DNA from: an uncultured Nitrososphaerota archaeon
Lineage (GTDB): Archaea; Thermoproteota; Nitrososphaeria; Nitrososphaerales; Nitrosopumilaceae
Direction: 5' to 3'
Assembly: GCA_963701075.1 (NCBI GenBank)
Contig: OY969559.1
Coordinates: 1,376,001-1,440,000, forward strand
Length of the DNA: 64,000 bases
A program made the position numbers and the translations under genes. Below, one piece after another: positions 52,434 to 62,366 of the stretch (position 1 is the first letter of the stretch; each line of letters starts with the position of its first letter). The notes under the pieces are model-generated. The model was not told the DNA's origin. It saw only the letters and a program-made list of their open reading frames with translations, and did no database searches.

Positions 52434-53723
52434 TTATGGAAATAGCCTTTCGGGATCTCGCGGGTATAGAACGACTTCTCTTACATTATCAATTTTAGTC
52501 AAGACAGACATTAATCTGTCAAGGCCCAATCCCCATCCAGAGTGAGGGGGCATTCCCCAATCAAACGTTTTAAGATGATCTTCGAATTGAGATGGGTTTA
52601 ACCCTTGTTCAATCAGTCTTTCCTTGATCTTACTTGGATCATGTAGACGTCTACCGCCAGATGACAATTCAAGATATCCATATTGCAAATCAAATGATTT
52701 GGACAATGACAAGTCATCTTCCTTTTCATGTATGTAGAATGGTTTCAACTTCATAGGCCAATCTATCAAAAAATAGAATCCTGGATGTAACTCTCCAAGT
52801 TTTCTTAAATGAGAATCCAGTAGATCATCGCCAAGTTCAAGAGGAATTCCTTCACGGCCAAGCTCTTCCACGGCTTGTTTGTATGTGATTCTCTCAAATG
52901 GCGTTGCCGGTCTTTTTACATCAATTCCCAAAGTCTTTTGCTCCTCAATACAGTTTTTTTCAACATGTTCAAAAACATTGGCTACAACTGTTTCTAGAAC
53001 TTCAATAACATCAAGATAATCCATAAAATCAGCTTCTACATCCACACTTGTAAATTCAGTAAGATGTCTGACAGTATGCGATTTTTCTGCCCTGTAAAAT
53101 GACGCTATCTCAAAAACTCTTTCAAGTCCAATTGTTAGTTGCTCTTTGTAAAGTTGTGGACTCTGTGCAAGATATGCCTGTTTATCAAAATATTTTAGAG
53201 AAAATAGGTTTGCACCACCTTCACTGGCACTTCCAATTATTTTGGGGGTGTTTACCTCGATGAAACCAAGTTCAACAAGAGTTTTTCGTATAGATTGTAA
53301 CGCATGGTGACGCATTTTGAAAATAGATGCCGTTTTCTGATTTCTTAGGTCAAGCGCTCGCGCATTTAGTCTATTATCTATATTGCTCTCCAGTCTACCT
53401 ATTGGATCAATTGGTAGTGGATGCACAGCACGCGATAATATTTCTATTTTTTCGGATTTTATCTCAAACGGAAAATCACGTGATTTGGTCTCTTGCACTG
53501 TTCCAGTGATTCTAACTACGCTTTGCCTATTGAGGTCTTTTACCTGTCGGATGCCTTCTTCTCCAACCACTACCACTTGTGCAACTCCTGTAACGTCCCT
53601 TAATGTGAGAAAAGTGAGTTTGCCCAATTCACGAAGGTCTTCCACCCACCCGCCAACAATTACCTTTTGACCTTTTAGAGATGCATTTAGGTTACCCATG
53701 TAATGTGTTCTTTTCAAATCCAA
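52434..53723 (-). CDS. aspS: Second aspartate--tRNA ligase, probably discriminating
   Basis: LAQSPQLYKE, YRAEKS, PPHSGWGLGLDRL, YPRD; no Pro at the L1-loop position. Confidence 0.92.
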   Translation of the reverse strand: MDLKRTHYMGNLNASLKGQKVIVGGWVEDLRELGKLTFLTLRDVTGVAQVVVVGEEGIRQVKDLNRQSVVRITGTVQETKSRDFPFEIKSEKIEILSRAVHPLPIDPIGRLESNIDNRLNARALDLRNQKTASIFKMRHHALQSIRKTLVELGFIEVNTPKIIGSASEGGANLFSLKYFDKQAYLAQSPQLYKEQLTIGLERVFEIASFYRAEKSHTVRHLTEFTSVDVEADFMDYLDVIEVLETVVANVFEHVEKNCIEEQKTLGIDVKRPATPFERITYKQAVEELGREGIPLELGDDLLDSHLRKLGELHPGFYFLIDWPMKLKPFYIHEKEDDLSLSKSFDLQYGYLELSSGGRRLHDPSKIKERLIEQGLNPSQFEDHLKTFDWGMPPHSGWGLGLDRLMSVLTKIDNVREVVLYPRDPERLFP

Positions 53724-53732
53724 TTGACTTTC

Positions 53733-54242
53733 TCACTTTCTTTCAAATTCAACAACTAGTTCTATCTTTCTAAGGTGCTGCGATATTACTATGATTTTGT
53801 CTACATCAATTGGGAAACGGGATGTTTTTCTTCCTGAAACGATGACTTTGGTCTTCCTGACGCCCCCTGGCGCCCACAATTGGTTGATTGCCAAGATCTT
53901 GATTGGAAAGAACATGTCTTCAATGAATTTTTTATCGTCACACCCCTGTTCGACTAGCCATATCTTGCCGGCAAATTCCCCTTGAAGTATCCTGTAAAGT
54001 TCCCTGCTTTGTCGTATAGTCATGATATCGGCACTACTAAGATATAGCACAAAGTTTCCATTTGATTCCCGGCAGGAATTGAGCGTAAATTTTTCAATTT
54101 GTGGAATTTTTTGAGACAGTTGAACTAGCTTTATCGAAGCGTCTACATCTGACTTTGTCAGCTGTCCAGAATCCAGTTTGGATTCGCATTGTGGACAAAG
54201 AATACCATTCATGGCATCAAAGCTACAAATAGGTGTCCTCAA
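53733..54242 (-). CDS. Archaeal NusA-like (KH/Zn) protein
   Basis: MRTPICSFD...GILCPQCE..L..G.L...DV pattern; adjacent to aspS. Confidence 0.72.
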   Translation of the reverse strand: MRTPICSFDAMNGILCPQCESKLDSGQLTKSDVDASIKLVQLSQKIPQIEKFTLNSCRESNGNFVLYLSSADIMTIRQSRELYRILQGEFAGKIWLVEQGCDDKKFIEDMFFPIKILAINQLWAPGGVRKTKVIVSGRKTSRFPIDVDKIIVISQHLRKIELVVEFERK

Positions 54243-54359
54243 GGAAATCGGTTTTTTGCTTACTGGAACTGGAAGATAAACTATGCGAAATCGGGTTCTG
54301 TTAAGTTGTCAGGTGATGACACAAATTTTTCTTCCTGTTACAGGTCGGGTGATGGATTC

Positions 54360-54977
54360 TCAGTATGGTCTATAAATTGTTCGTATTTCGAATAATAACG
54401 ACCGCCAGAGATTTAATGATAATCCAGTATCTTGGTAAAGACTAAATTTTATCATGCTTTCATCATTTATCCAATTTTTACGATCTAATACTTTTGCAAT
54501 ATCTTGTTCAAAGACACCTCTAAGTTGTTGAGCCAGACAATGTAAAGCGGCTAATGCTGCAAAAGCGTCCATAACCGTAGTATATGTTATTTTGAACTGT
54601 TTTTCCTTTAATTCATGTTTCAATTCATTGTAAGCATCCCACCATTCTAAATCTCTTGTAAATGGTGTAAATTGTAAGTTATGTGGAATTGAAATGATTT
54701 TGAAATTTGCCAATACAGCGTTATGATTTAACTGCCGAATTAATGGCGGAATTCCACCATTTTCAACAAAATTGCAATTTCTAGAGATCAGCCTTGTTAC
54801 TGCTTCTACCTGTGCTCCGCAAACCAACATCATATTTAGTAATCTTGGCGAGTAAATTTGTGCAGTTCTTTGGCGTTCATATGGTACGACCTCGTCAAAG
54901 TTTAACATCTGTTTTTCAAGATCATTATGTAATTTTCCTAAATCCTCTAAATCTACTTGAAACCAGTCATACACCAA
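54360..54977 (-). CDS. Hypothetical all-helical protein, possibly HEPN-like, next to an IS remnant
   Basis: YSPRLLNMML..GAQVE and WWDAYNELKH motifs; AT-rich; starts immediately after the transposase stop. Confidence 0.6.
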   Translation of the reverse strand: MVYDWFQVDLEDLGKLHNDLEKQMLNFDEVVPYERQRTAQIYSPRLLNMMLVCGAQVEAVTRLISRNCNFVENGGIPPLIRQLNHNAVLANFKIISIPHNLQFTPFTRDLEWWDAYNELKHELKEKQFKITYTTVMDAFAALAALHCLAQQLRGVFEQDIAKVLDRKNWINDESMIKFSLYQDTGLSLNLWRSLLFEIRTIYRPY

Positions 54978-54978
54978 T

Positions 54979-55255
54979 TTAGTTATTTCTTGATGAATTT
55001 TGTATTAAGGTTATCCACTTGTTATCGCCTTCTATCTGGATCCCTGCTGCTTCCGAAGGTGTTTTCCCATCTAAACTCATGTGTGGTCACAAGTAGTTGT
55101 GAGAGTCTATAGCCTGTAAGAACTGGCGTACCATTCTTCTTTAGACCTCTAACTACCTTTTCACGGTCACGAATCTCGCCATTCAATCTCTCCATCATGT
55201 TGTTATTTCTATCACCTTTCAAAGTGATATGGGATTCATGAACTGTTCTACGTGT
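54979..55255 (-). mobile_element. Degenerate DDE (IS6-like) transposase, C-terminal fragment
   Basis: HITLKGDRNNNMMERLNGEIRDREKVVRGLK...GYRL, frameshift, HNYL*PHMSLDGKTPSEAAGIQIEGDNKWITLIQN; 5' part missing. Confidence 0.8.
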
Positions 55256-55278
55256 ATAAAATGGGCTTATGACAATCT

Positions 55279-55569
55279 TTAATTTTCCATAATTTTAAAA
55301 AAATCAACAATGTCTTTTTCATGACTTAGGTCGTCACCCAAATACGATTTAATCTCGTCTATGATCGAAGTATAGTTTTCTTTGTATACCTCTTTGAGTG
55401 TATCTCTCAAGTATTTTGGATACTCGTAGCAATCTATGATATTTCGGTTACAGATGGTGTTTAGTCGGGCTTGAATCAAATGATAATTAGCACCATTTCT
55501 TCTCATTAGGACAACTTCTATACACGACATTAAAGCAACTCTGTGCTGCTCATCAAAATGCCCCGCCAC
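55279..55569 (-). CDS. Small thaumarchaeal signalling output-domain protein (NitrOD5-like)
   Basis: IEVVL....Y..I..RL......I.DCYEYP.YL...LKEVY...Y.SII.EI pattern, recognised from memory. Confidence 0.6.
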   Translation of the reverse strand: MAGHFDEQHRVALMSCIEVVLMRRNGANYHLIQARLNTICNRNIIDCYEYPKYLRDTLKEVYKENYTSIIDEIKSYLGDDLSHEKDIVDFFKIMEN

Positions 55570-55725
55570 AATTCAATAGCGGCTACCGTTTTAACTATTT
55601 CCAAAAACTGCTCAAATTAATCATGCTTTCTCGCATTATGGATAATTGGATCTATTGTTATCGTCTTCTACCTGAATTCCTGCAGTTTCAAAAGGCAGAT
55701 TTACTTGCACAACACATTCTAACTA

Positions 55726-56661
55726 ATGACTACACTTTCAATTGAAGAACTCCAAGTTCAATATCAATTACGTGATAAAATAGTTCATGCAGTAGACGGA
55801 GTATCCTTTTCCCTTGGAAACAATGAATCATTGGGCATAGTAGGGGAGAGCGCCTGTGGGAAAAGCACCCTTGGACTTGCAATTATTAGATCTGTTCCAG
55901 GTGGAAGGATTGTCAAAGGAGATATACTGCTAGATGGAAAATCTACGTTAAAAATATCAGAAGAGGAATTTGCCAAGACAGTCCGTTGGAAGAAGATATC
56001 AATGGTATTTCAGGGAGCAATGAATTCACTGGATCCAGTTTTTTCAATCAAACAGCAATTCGAAGAGATCTTGAGGGCCCACAGTTACAGTGGAGATCAC
56101 CTAAAAAGGATAAATGATGTCATAGATTCTGTAGGTTTGCCCTCCACAGTACTAGACAAATTCCCTCATGAACTTAGCGGAGGCATGAAGCAAAGGGCGG
56201 TAATTGCCATGGCATTGATTTTACAACCGAATCTAGTGATTGCAGATGAGCCTACCACAGCACTTGATGTACTAGTACAAGCCCAGATCCTAAGTTTGCT
56301 TAAAAAACTGAAAAAAGAAGGCATGTCACTCATACTTATCTCCCATGACCTTGGCATAATATCTGAAATAGCAGACAAGGTCGGAATAATGTATGCCGGA
56401 AAGATAGTTGAATTTGGTACTTTGCAAGAGGTGTATTCAAACCCCAAACATCCATACACACAAGCATTGCTCAAGTCCATGCCAAAAATCAAAGGTGAGC
56501 CAGAGTTAATATCTCTAAAAGGCAACCCCCCCAACTTGGCCAATCTGCAAGTAGGGTGCAGGTTCTATGACAGATGTCCGCATGCGATGGAAAAATGCAG
56601 AAAAGAGCCGCCCAAAATTAAAACAGAGTCTGGCCACGTATTATGCTGGCTCTATGAATAG
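55726..56661 (+). CDS. oppD: Oligopeptide/dipeptide ABC transporter ATPase (OppD/DppD-like)
   Basis: GESACGKS, LSGGMKQR, ADEPTTALD, HPYT, GCRF..RC. Confidence 0.92.
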   Translation: MTTLSIEELQVQYQLRDKIVHAVDGVSFSLGNNESLGIVGESACGKSTLGLAIIRSVPGGRIVKGDILLDGKSTLKISEEEFAKTVRWKKISMVFQGAMNSLDPVFSIKQQFEEILRAHSYSGDHLKRINDVIDSVGLPSTVLDKFPHELSGGMKQRAVIAMALILQPNLVIADEPTTALDVLVQAQILSLLKKLKKEGMSLILISHDLGIISEIADKVGIMYAGKIVEFGTLQEVYSNPKHPYTQALLKSMPKIKGEPELISLKGNPPNLANLQVGCRFYDRCPHAMEKCRKEPPKIKTESGHVLCWLYE

Positions 56662-56690
56662 GATAAATAAATTAAAGAAATTTTCTTAAA

Positions 56691-57608
56691 CTAGTGAGAA
56701 TATGTTGTTTGGTTAAGACCGTTGTCTTGATAGTATTCGTTGTACAAGTTCAGTGCATTTTGCAATGATTTCTGATCTCCATTTGCAATATCTACATTTC
56801 TATTATCTGGAGTTTGTTCATTTGTAGTCGTGCTGTTAAGACCAGCATAACCTGTTGAGTATGTCGATGCAAGCGTATGTGCATGGATCTCTTGGAATAT
56901 CTGAATTGCTTTGCCCAGTGAAGCTGCCTGTTCTGCGTTTAGTTGACGACCTTGTGTATTCTCGTTTGTAGTAGCATTTTCTTGTAGATTCAGATAAGCC
57001 ATGTCAACTCTTGTAAGATTACTTAGAAGAGCAGTTGCTTCTGCATCCATAGCATCCCAAGTCTTGTCAATTTGGGCTTGTCTATTGCCAGAGTTTTGTT
57101 CATTTGTTGTTCCAGAATCTGTCAGTTTTTCATATTTTGCAGATATCATTGATAACTGTGAGACAATAGACTCTGATGCATTCAATGACTGATCTCTTGC
57201 TTGAGCAATCAAGGCATCTCTGTTTCTTCCTTGCTCATCAGTCGTGCTGCTGTTCAAGCCTGTGTAGTTAGTGGCTTGGAAGCTTTGAAGCTGCCTTACA
57301 TGAAGCTTATCAAATTCCGACATGGCATTATTCAAAGATGCGTTTGCTCCTGCTGCCAAGTTTCGTCCTGCAGTATTCTCATCTGTTGTAGCAAAAGATA
57401 GACCAGACCAGTTACGATGGGATCCGTTCATGTTATCAAATTGATATTTGTCAGAATAGGTCAAGGCAGCTGTTTGCTGAGCAGTAAGCTCTCGCTGAGC
57501 TATCTGAGACCATGGATCGTCTGCAAATGCCATCTTACTTAGATAAACAGAACTTCCACTTAGAACTAAACCGCTGATCATTACTACGGCTAGGAGTTTG
57601 GCGTTCAC
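56691..57608 (-). CDS. Secreted protein with five internal repeats of about 45-49 aa
   Basis: Signal peptide ending AFA; five [WY]xxL...TT[DN]E[NQ]...R units. Confidence 0.8.
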   Translation of the reverse strand: MNAKLLAVVMISGLVLSGSSVYLSKMAFADDPWSQIAQRELTAQQTAALTYSDKYQFDNMNGSHRNWSGLSFATTDENTAGRNLAAGANASLNNAMSEFDKLHVRQLQSFQATNYTGLNSSTTDEQGRNRDALIAQARDQSLNASESIVSQLSMISAKYEKLTDSGTTNEQNSGNRQAQIDKTWDAMDAEATALLSNLTRVDMAYLNLQENATTNENTQGRQLNAEQAASLGKAIQIFQEIHAHTLASTYSTGYAGLNSTTTNEQTPDNRNVDIANGDQKSLQNALNLYNEYYQDNGLNQTTYSH

Positions 57609-57800
57609 GTTTGAGTATCATATATTATGGCCTTTAAAACTTTGCGATAGTAAGAATTTGACCAAGTGATCGCCTGATGCCTAGATTATACATCAGTCGA
57701 AAATTAATGATTGGATTAATAATATACCATTTTGTTGCGCTTTGCGCCATAGGATGTTTTATACAGTTTTCTTGATATACTTGACAGAGAGGTAATTGCG

Positions 57801-58760
57801 GTGGAAGAGATCCTTTCTGTAAAAAACCTGAAGAAATACTTTGTAAAAGGAGGGTTTTCACGCCAAAAGGAGATAGTAAGAGCAGTCGACGACATATCAT
57901 TCTCAATAAAGAGTGGTCAGACATTTGTTCTTGCGGGCGAATCAGGATCTGGCAAGACAACAGTTGCCCGTTTGATATTAAGGGCAATAGAACCAGAGTC
58001 TGGCGAGATAACTTTTGACGGTGTCAAAATAACTAATGATATATCAAGTCTCAAAAAGATAAGAACGGAATGCCAGATGATACATCAGGACCCTTATGCA
58101 TCAATAGATCCTAGAATGAAGATTTACGACATAGTTAGGGAACCGTTAGACATACATGACATCGGTAAATCAAGTGAGAGAAGAGATTTAGTTTTTGAAG
58201 CATTAAGAGACGTGAAATTAGAACCAGAGGAGATTGTTTCAAAATATCCACACATGTTATCAGGAGGTCAAAGACAACGTGTTGCTATTGCTAGATCAAT
58301 CACAACTAAACCCAAGTTGATAATAGCTGATGAGCCAGTCTCAATGCTTGATGTATCAGTCAGAGTTGGAGTTTTAGAATTGATAAAAGAACTGCAAAAC
58401 AAACATGGCATCTCATTTTTGTATATAACTCATGATCTCTCCACTGCAAGATACGTAGGTCATGTGATTTCCATATTATATCTTGGCAAGATTGTTGAAA
58501 CCGGTCTCATCAATGACGTGTTACTGCATCCAAGACATCCATACACACAAGCACTCATGGATTCCATTTCTGAGCCAAGCCCAGACAACTTGCAAAAAGA
58601 GAAAAAAATTCGTATCAACAATCCCACTGAGGTAGACGTCTATCAGGGATGTAGATTCAGAGCAAGATGTCCGTACGCTATTGAAAAATGCAAGCAAGAG
58701 CCAGAACTTGAACCGGCAGGAGATCAAAGGTCTGTTGCTTGTTTTGTAAAGATAACCTAG
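57801..58760 (+). CDS. oppF: Oligopeptide/dipeptide ABC transporter ATPase (OppF/DppF-like)
   Basis: GESGSGKT, QDPYAS, LSGGQRQR, DEPVSMLD, HPYT. Confidence 0.92.
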   Translation: MEEILSVKNLKKYFVKGGFSRQKEIVRAVDDISFSIKSGQTFVLAGESGSGKTTVARLILRAIEPESGEITFDGVKITNDISSLKKIRTECQMIHQDPYASIDPRMKIYDIVREPLDIHDIGKSSERRDLVFEALRDVKLEPEEIVSKYPHMLSGGQRQRVAIARSITTKPKLIIADEPVSMLDVSVRVGVLELIKELQNKHGISFLYITHDLSTARYVGHVISILYLGKIVETGLINDVLLHPRHPYTQALMDSISEPSPDNLQKEKKIRINNPTEVDVYQGCRFRARCPYAIEKCKQEPELEPAGDQRSVACFVKIT

Positions 58761-61700
58761 TTTGCAACTTCTTGCGATATGTTAGAAATTCTATGCGATA
58801 CAACGTGTGATACGCCATTTCGTGGAAACACGCCGTAGATCAACTTTGCCTTTTGTACAACAGAATCCTTCAGTGACACCATTATGATCTGGCTTCCTCC
58901 TGACCTATCTTCAAGTATCTTGGCTAGTCTTTCTGTGTTTAGCGCATCCAAGTGAGCGTCAACTTCGTCAAGAAGGTAAAATGGCGATGGCTTTAGTTTT
59001 TGAAGAGCGAGCAGGAACGTAATTGCGGCAAGAGTCTTTTCACCTCCACTAATTGATGTCGATTCTCTTTTGGGTTTATTTGGAAATTGTACCAGATATG
59101 AAATTCCTGATGTGAATATGTCATCTTCATTTTGAATCTCAAGCCAAGCATTTCCTCCGGTCATCTTGTTGAAAATTTCTCGAATATCTTTATCGACCTT
59201 GTCGTAAGATTCCAAAAATGTTTGCCTCTTATCCTTGTCTATTTCTTCAATGAATTTTACAATAGAGTTTCTTTCGGCCTCCAGCTCGTTCTTTCGCGTA
59301 GACATTGAACGATATCCATCTGAGACCTCGACATATGTCTCAGGAGCTCTTGTGTTAAGAGAGCCAGACATTTTCCGCTTCTCAGATTCTAGTTCTACAA
59401 GAATTTCATCAACATCAAATGATTCAAGCAGAGTCTCATAACCATATGAGAGAAGGGTTTTGCGGATTCTTTCTTCATTTTCGCTAAGATCCTTAATATC
59501 GCGCAAAATAGAATCAGATTGCCTCTCCATTCCGTTGATTTCTTTTGTGAGTGTTCTCTCAGATTCATAAAAAGTCTTCAGTTTGATATCATATTCTTTG
59601 AGTGTCGATACCGAAGTACCAGATGTAGATATCAGCTGTTGTTCTTTTTCCCTCAAGGATACAAGTAAGACATCAGCGTTTTCCTTTTCCTTCGATGATG
59701 TCCTTGATTGTACCTCAAGATCGTGTTTTTCATGGTTTAGAGAAGACTGTTCTTCAGATAAGCGCCGCAAGTTTGCCTTGTGTGAGTTTTCCTCATTGGT
59801 AAGTTCAGTAATTTTCGTACTTAGTTCACGAAATTCAGTAGAAATTGTGCTCTGTGCGCTCAACAAAGTGGCCTTTTTCTCATTTAACGCAGAGATTGCA
59901 GTAGCAATTCTTGCCTGCTCCTCTTCAGCATAATTTTCTCTAGTTAGTGATATTCGCTCTTCTAAAGATGCAATATAGGACTCTGTCTTTGAGAGTTCAA
60001 CTAGAATATTTTCTTCTCTGCGCCTGAGCTGCAGTATTCTTGACGAGATCTGGTCTAGAGACACAGATATTGTCTTTAGTTTCGATCTCACGTCTGTAAG
60101 GCTCATGTCCACGTTAGCAAGTCCGGTCTCGGAAGAATGATACCTGCCGTCCAAGTTTCTTGTTATTCTTTCAATCTTCTTTAATTGCCCACTCTTGTTT
60201 TGAATAAATTTCTTTAACAGTTCAAGAGATTGTACTAGCCCATCTACTGAAGTACTAAGAAGAATTATCTTTGTAAGATTTGAGACCTTGGAATTCATAT
60301 CTACAATCACTGCACTTGCATCTGCCTCAAAGAAATGTCCATCAAGTGTAACTGCCTTGTACCCTTTTTTTGACAATGCATAAGCTGCTTCTTTTGAAGA
60401 GGCAAGACCTATGCTTCCAAAGATAAAGTTTTTGAGCGACTCTAGTTTTTCATCACATTTTATAAAATCTGAAATGACTCCAAGTATTCCTTCTTCCTGC
60501 GGTATAGTAGATTTGGAATTAGACACAGCATCTAATGGTATGATCCTAATTTTTGGAAGTTTTTTCTGTTGAGCAAATTCAGCAATTCCAAGAAGAGTTG
60601 CAAAGTCATTTACAACAAGTGCCTTTAGCCAGTCAGAACCTACTGATAAGATTGCTCTCTCGTATTGTTTATCCCAAGAAAGTAACTCATAAACAAGGCC
60701 TTGAATCCCCAGTCTCCTTGAATCTTCTTTGAGCTTTGCAATAGAGTAATCTTCATGCATTACTTCTTTTACAACTTTAATTTTTGCTTCATATTGAGCA
60801 GCAGCCTTACTTGCCTTTTCAAAAATCAATGTGGTCTCTTCAACATCTTTTTCTATTTTGGTGCGTTTATCACGCAAGTCTGACAGTCTAGATTTTAGCT
60901 CGTTGATTGCCAACTCATGACCTGCTCTTACTTTCCTGAGTTTTTGCTCAAGATCAAGTAGTTTCTCTTTTTCATCCGATAATGCTTTTGTTTTAAGCGA
61001 GTTTTGATCAACTTTGCTTTGAATGTCTAAATGTTCTTGTTCTAGTTTTGAACTTGAAAGCTTTGCATCATTTAATGTGCTGGTAAGATTTCTTACCTTT
61101 CCATCAGTCTTGATTTTGTTACTTGTAACCTGTGACTGTTGCCTCATGGTTTGATTAATTTCAGAATCAACTGATGCAAGTTCTGCATTGATGCTCTTTC
61201 TTGATTCATTTATAGTATTGATAGAATTTTTCAGTTCTACAATTTGAGATTCTAAGATGGAGCGCTTTTCATGTATACCTTCCAGATCAGTCTGAATTTC
61301 CGGTAGTCTGGTTTCTATGTGTGCCACTCTTCTTGCGTTGGCAACCAATTTACTATTTGCCGATTCTGACTGGTGCATTGCGGTAGAAAGCTCAGAATCA
61401 ATTGAGGCCTTTGCAATATTGTATGCATTGACTTCTTCCATGAACTTTTGTTTCTCTTCTTCAAGTTTCTTTATCTCATCGCGTAACTGCCCACGCTGTT
61501 CATCGAGTTTTTTGTATTCAGACTGGATGGCGTTAAGGCTTCTTTCTTTTGATACCTTTTGAGTGTCAATGTCCCTGAGCTTGTTTGAGGCTTGAATGGC
61601 ATAAAGTCTCTTCAGTTCTCGGTCTAGGAAATCATACCGGAGTTGGTTATTTCGTTCCTCTTCTAGCTCATCAATACGCTTCTTTATCTCGTCCATTCTG

Positions 61701-62285
61701 GCTAATGCAATCTCAAGTCTTCTGTCTGCTTCGTCCAGTTGTTTTAATGCCTCTGTTTTTTTCTCATCAAAATAGGCAAGTCCTATAATATCCTCAATTA
61801 TTCTTCTTCTCTCTTCTGAGTTAAATTCTGAAATTCTAGTAATTGTACCCTGTTGTACAATATTCAATTTGTGAATGCCGCAGTTTGCTACTTCCAAAAG
61901 ATCTAAAATGTGATTTCTTAGTACCTTTTTTTGGTTTAGATAATAGATGTTCTCACCTGATTCGTCCATCTCCCTTGTGATCGTCACTGTATTCGAATCA
62001 ACAGGGATCTTTCGATCAGAATTATCAAAGTGGCAGCTTACTCGCGCTATTTTTGCACCATGGTGTGCATTATCTACATCATGTAATAACGAACGTAGTT
62101 TGTCCACTCTCATAATTTTTGGTGCGTTCTCACCTAGAGCAAACGAGATTGCATCCAAAATGTTGCTTTTACCAGATCCATTAGCACCTGAGATGGCTAT
62201 AAGGCCAGGTTCAAAGTTAATTAGAGTATTCTTGTACCCAAATGATTTGAACCCAAAGATCTCTCAGCTTGCGTATATGGACCAA
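58757..62285 (-). CDS. smc: Chromosome segregation ATPase SMC, with one extra base at about 62265 (probable sequencing error)
   Basis: Repaired N-terminus MVHIRKLEIFGFKSFG, Walker A GANGSGKSN, coiled coils and hinge, ISGGEK, LLDEVDAHLD. Confidence 0.94.
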
Positions 62286-62366
62286 TGAAATCGGTGGTTT
62301 AACATCTGAAATAACAGATTATTGACAAGTTTCATTGACTAGGCTAACAATAATTACAATGTGTGA

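Noticed and set aside
34069-62285. Pseudogenisation of nadK, rps26e, leuA and smc, suggesting genome decay
   Set aside because: Each has only single-base insertions at AGCT/GATC and fully conserved sequence on both sides, and several are essential genes.
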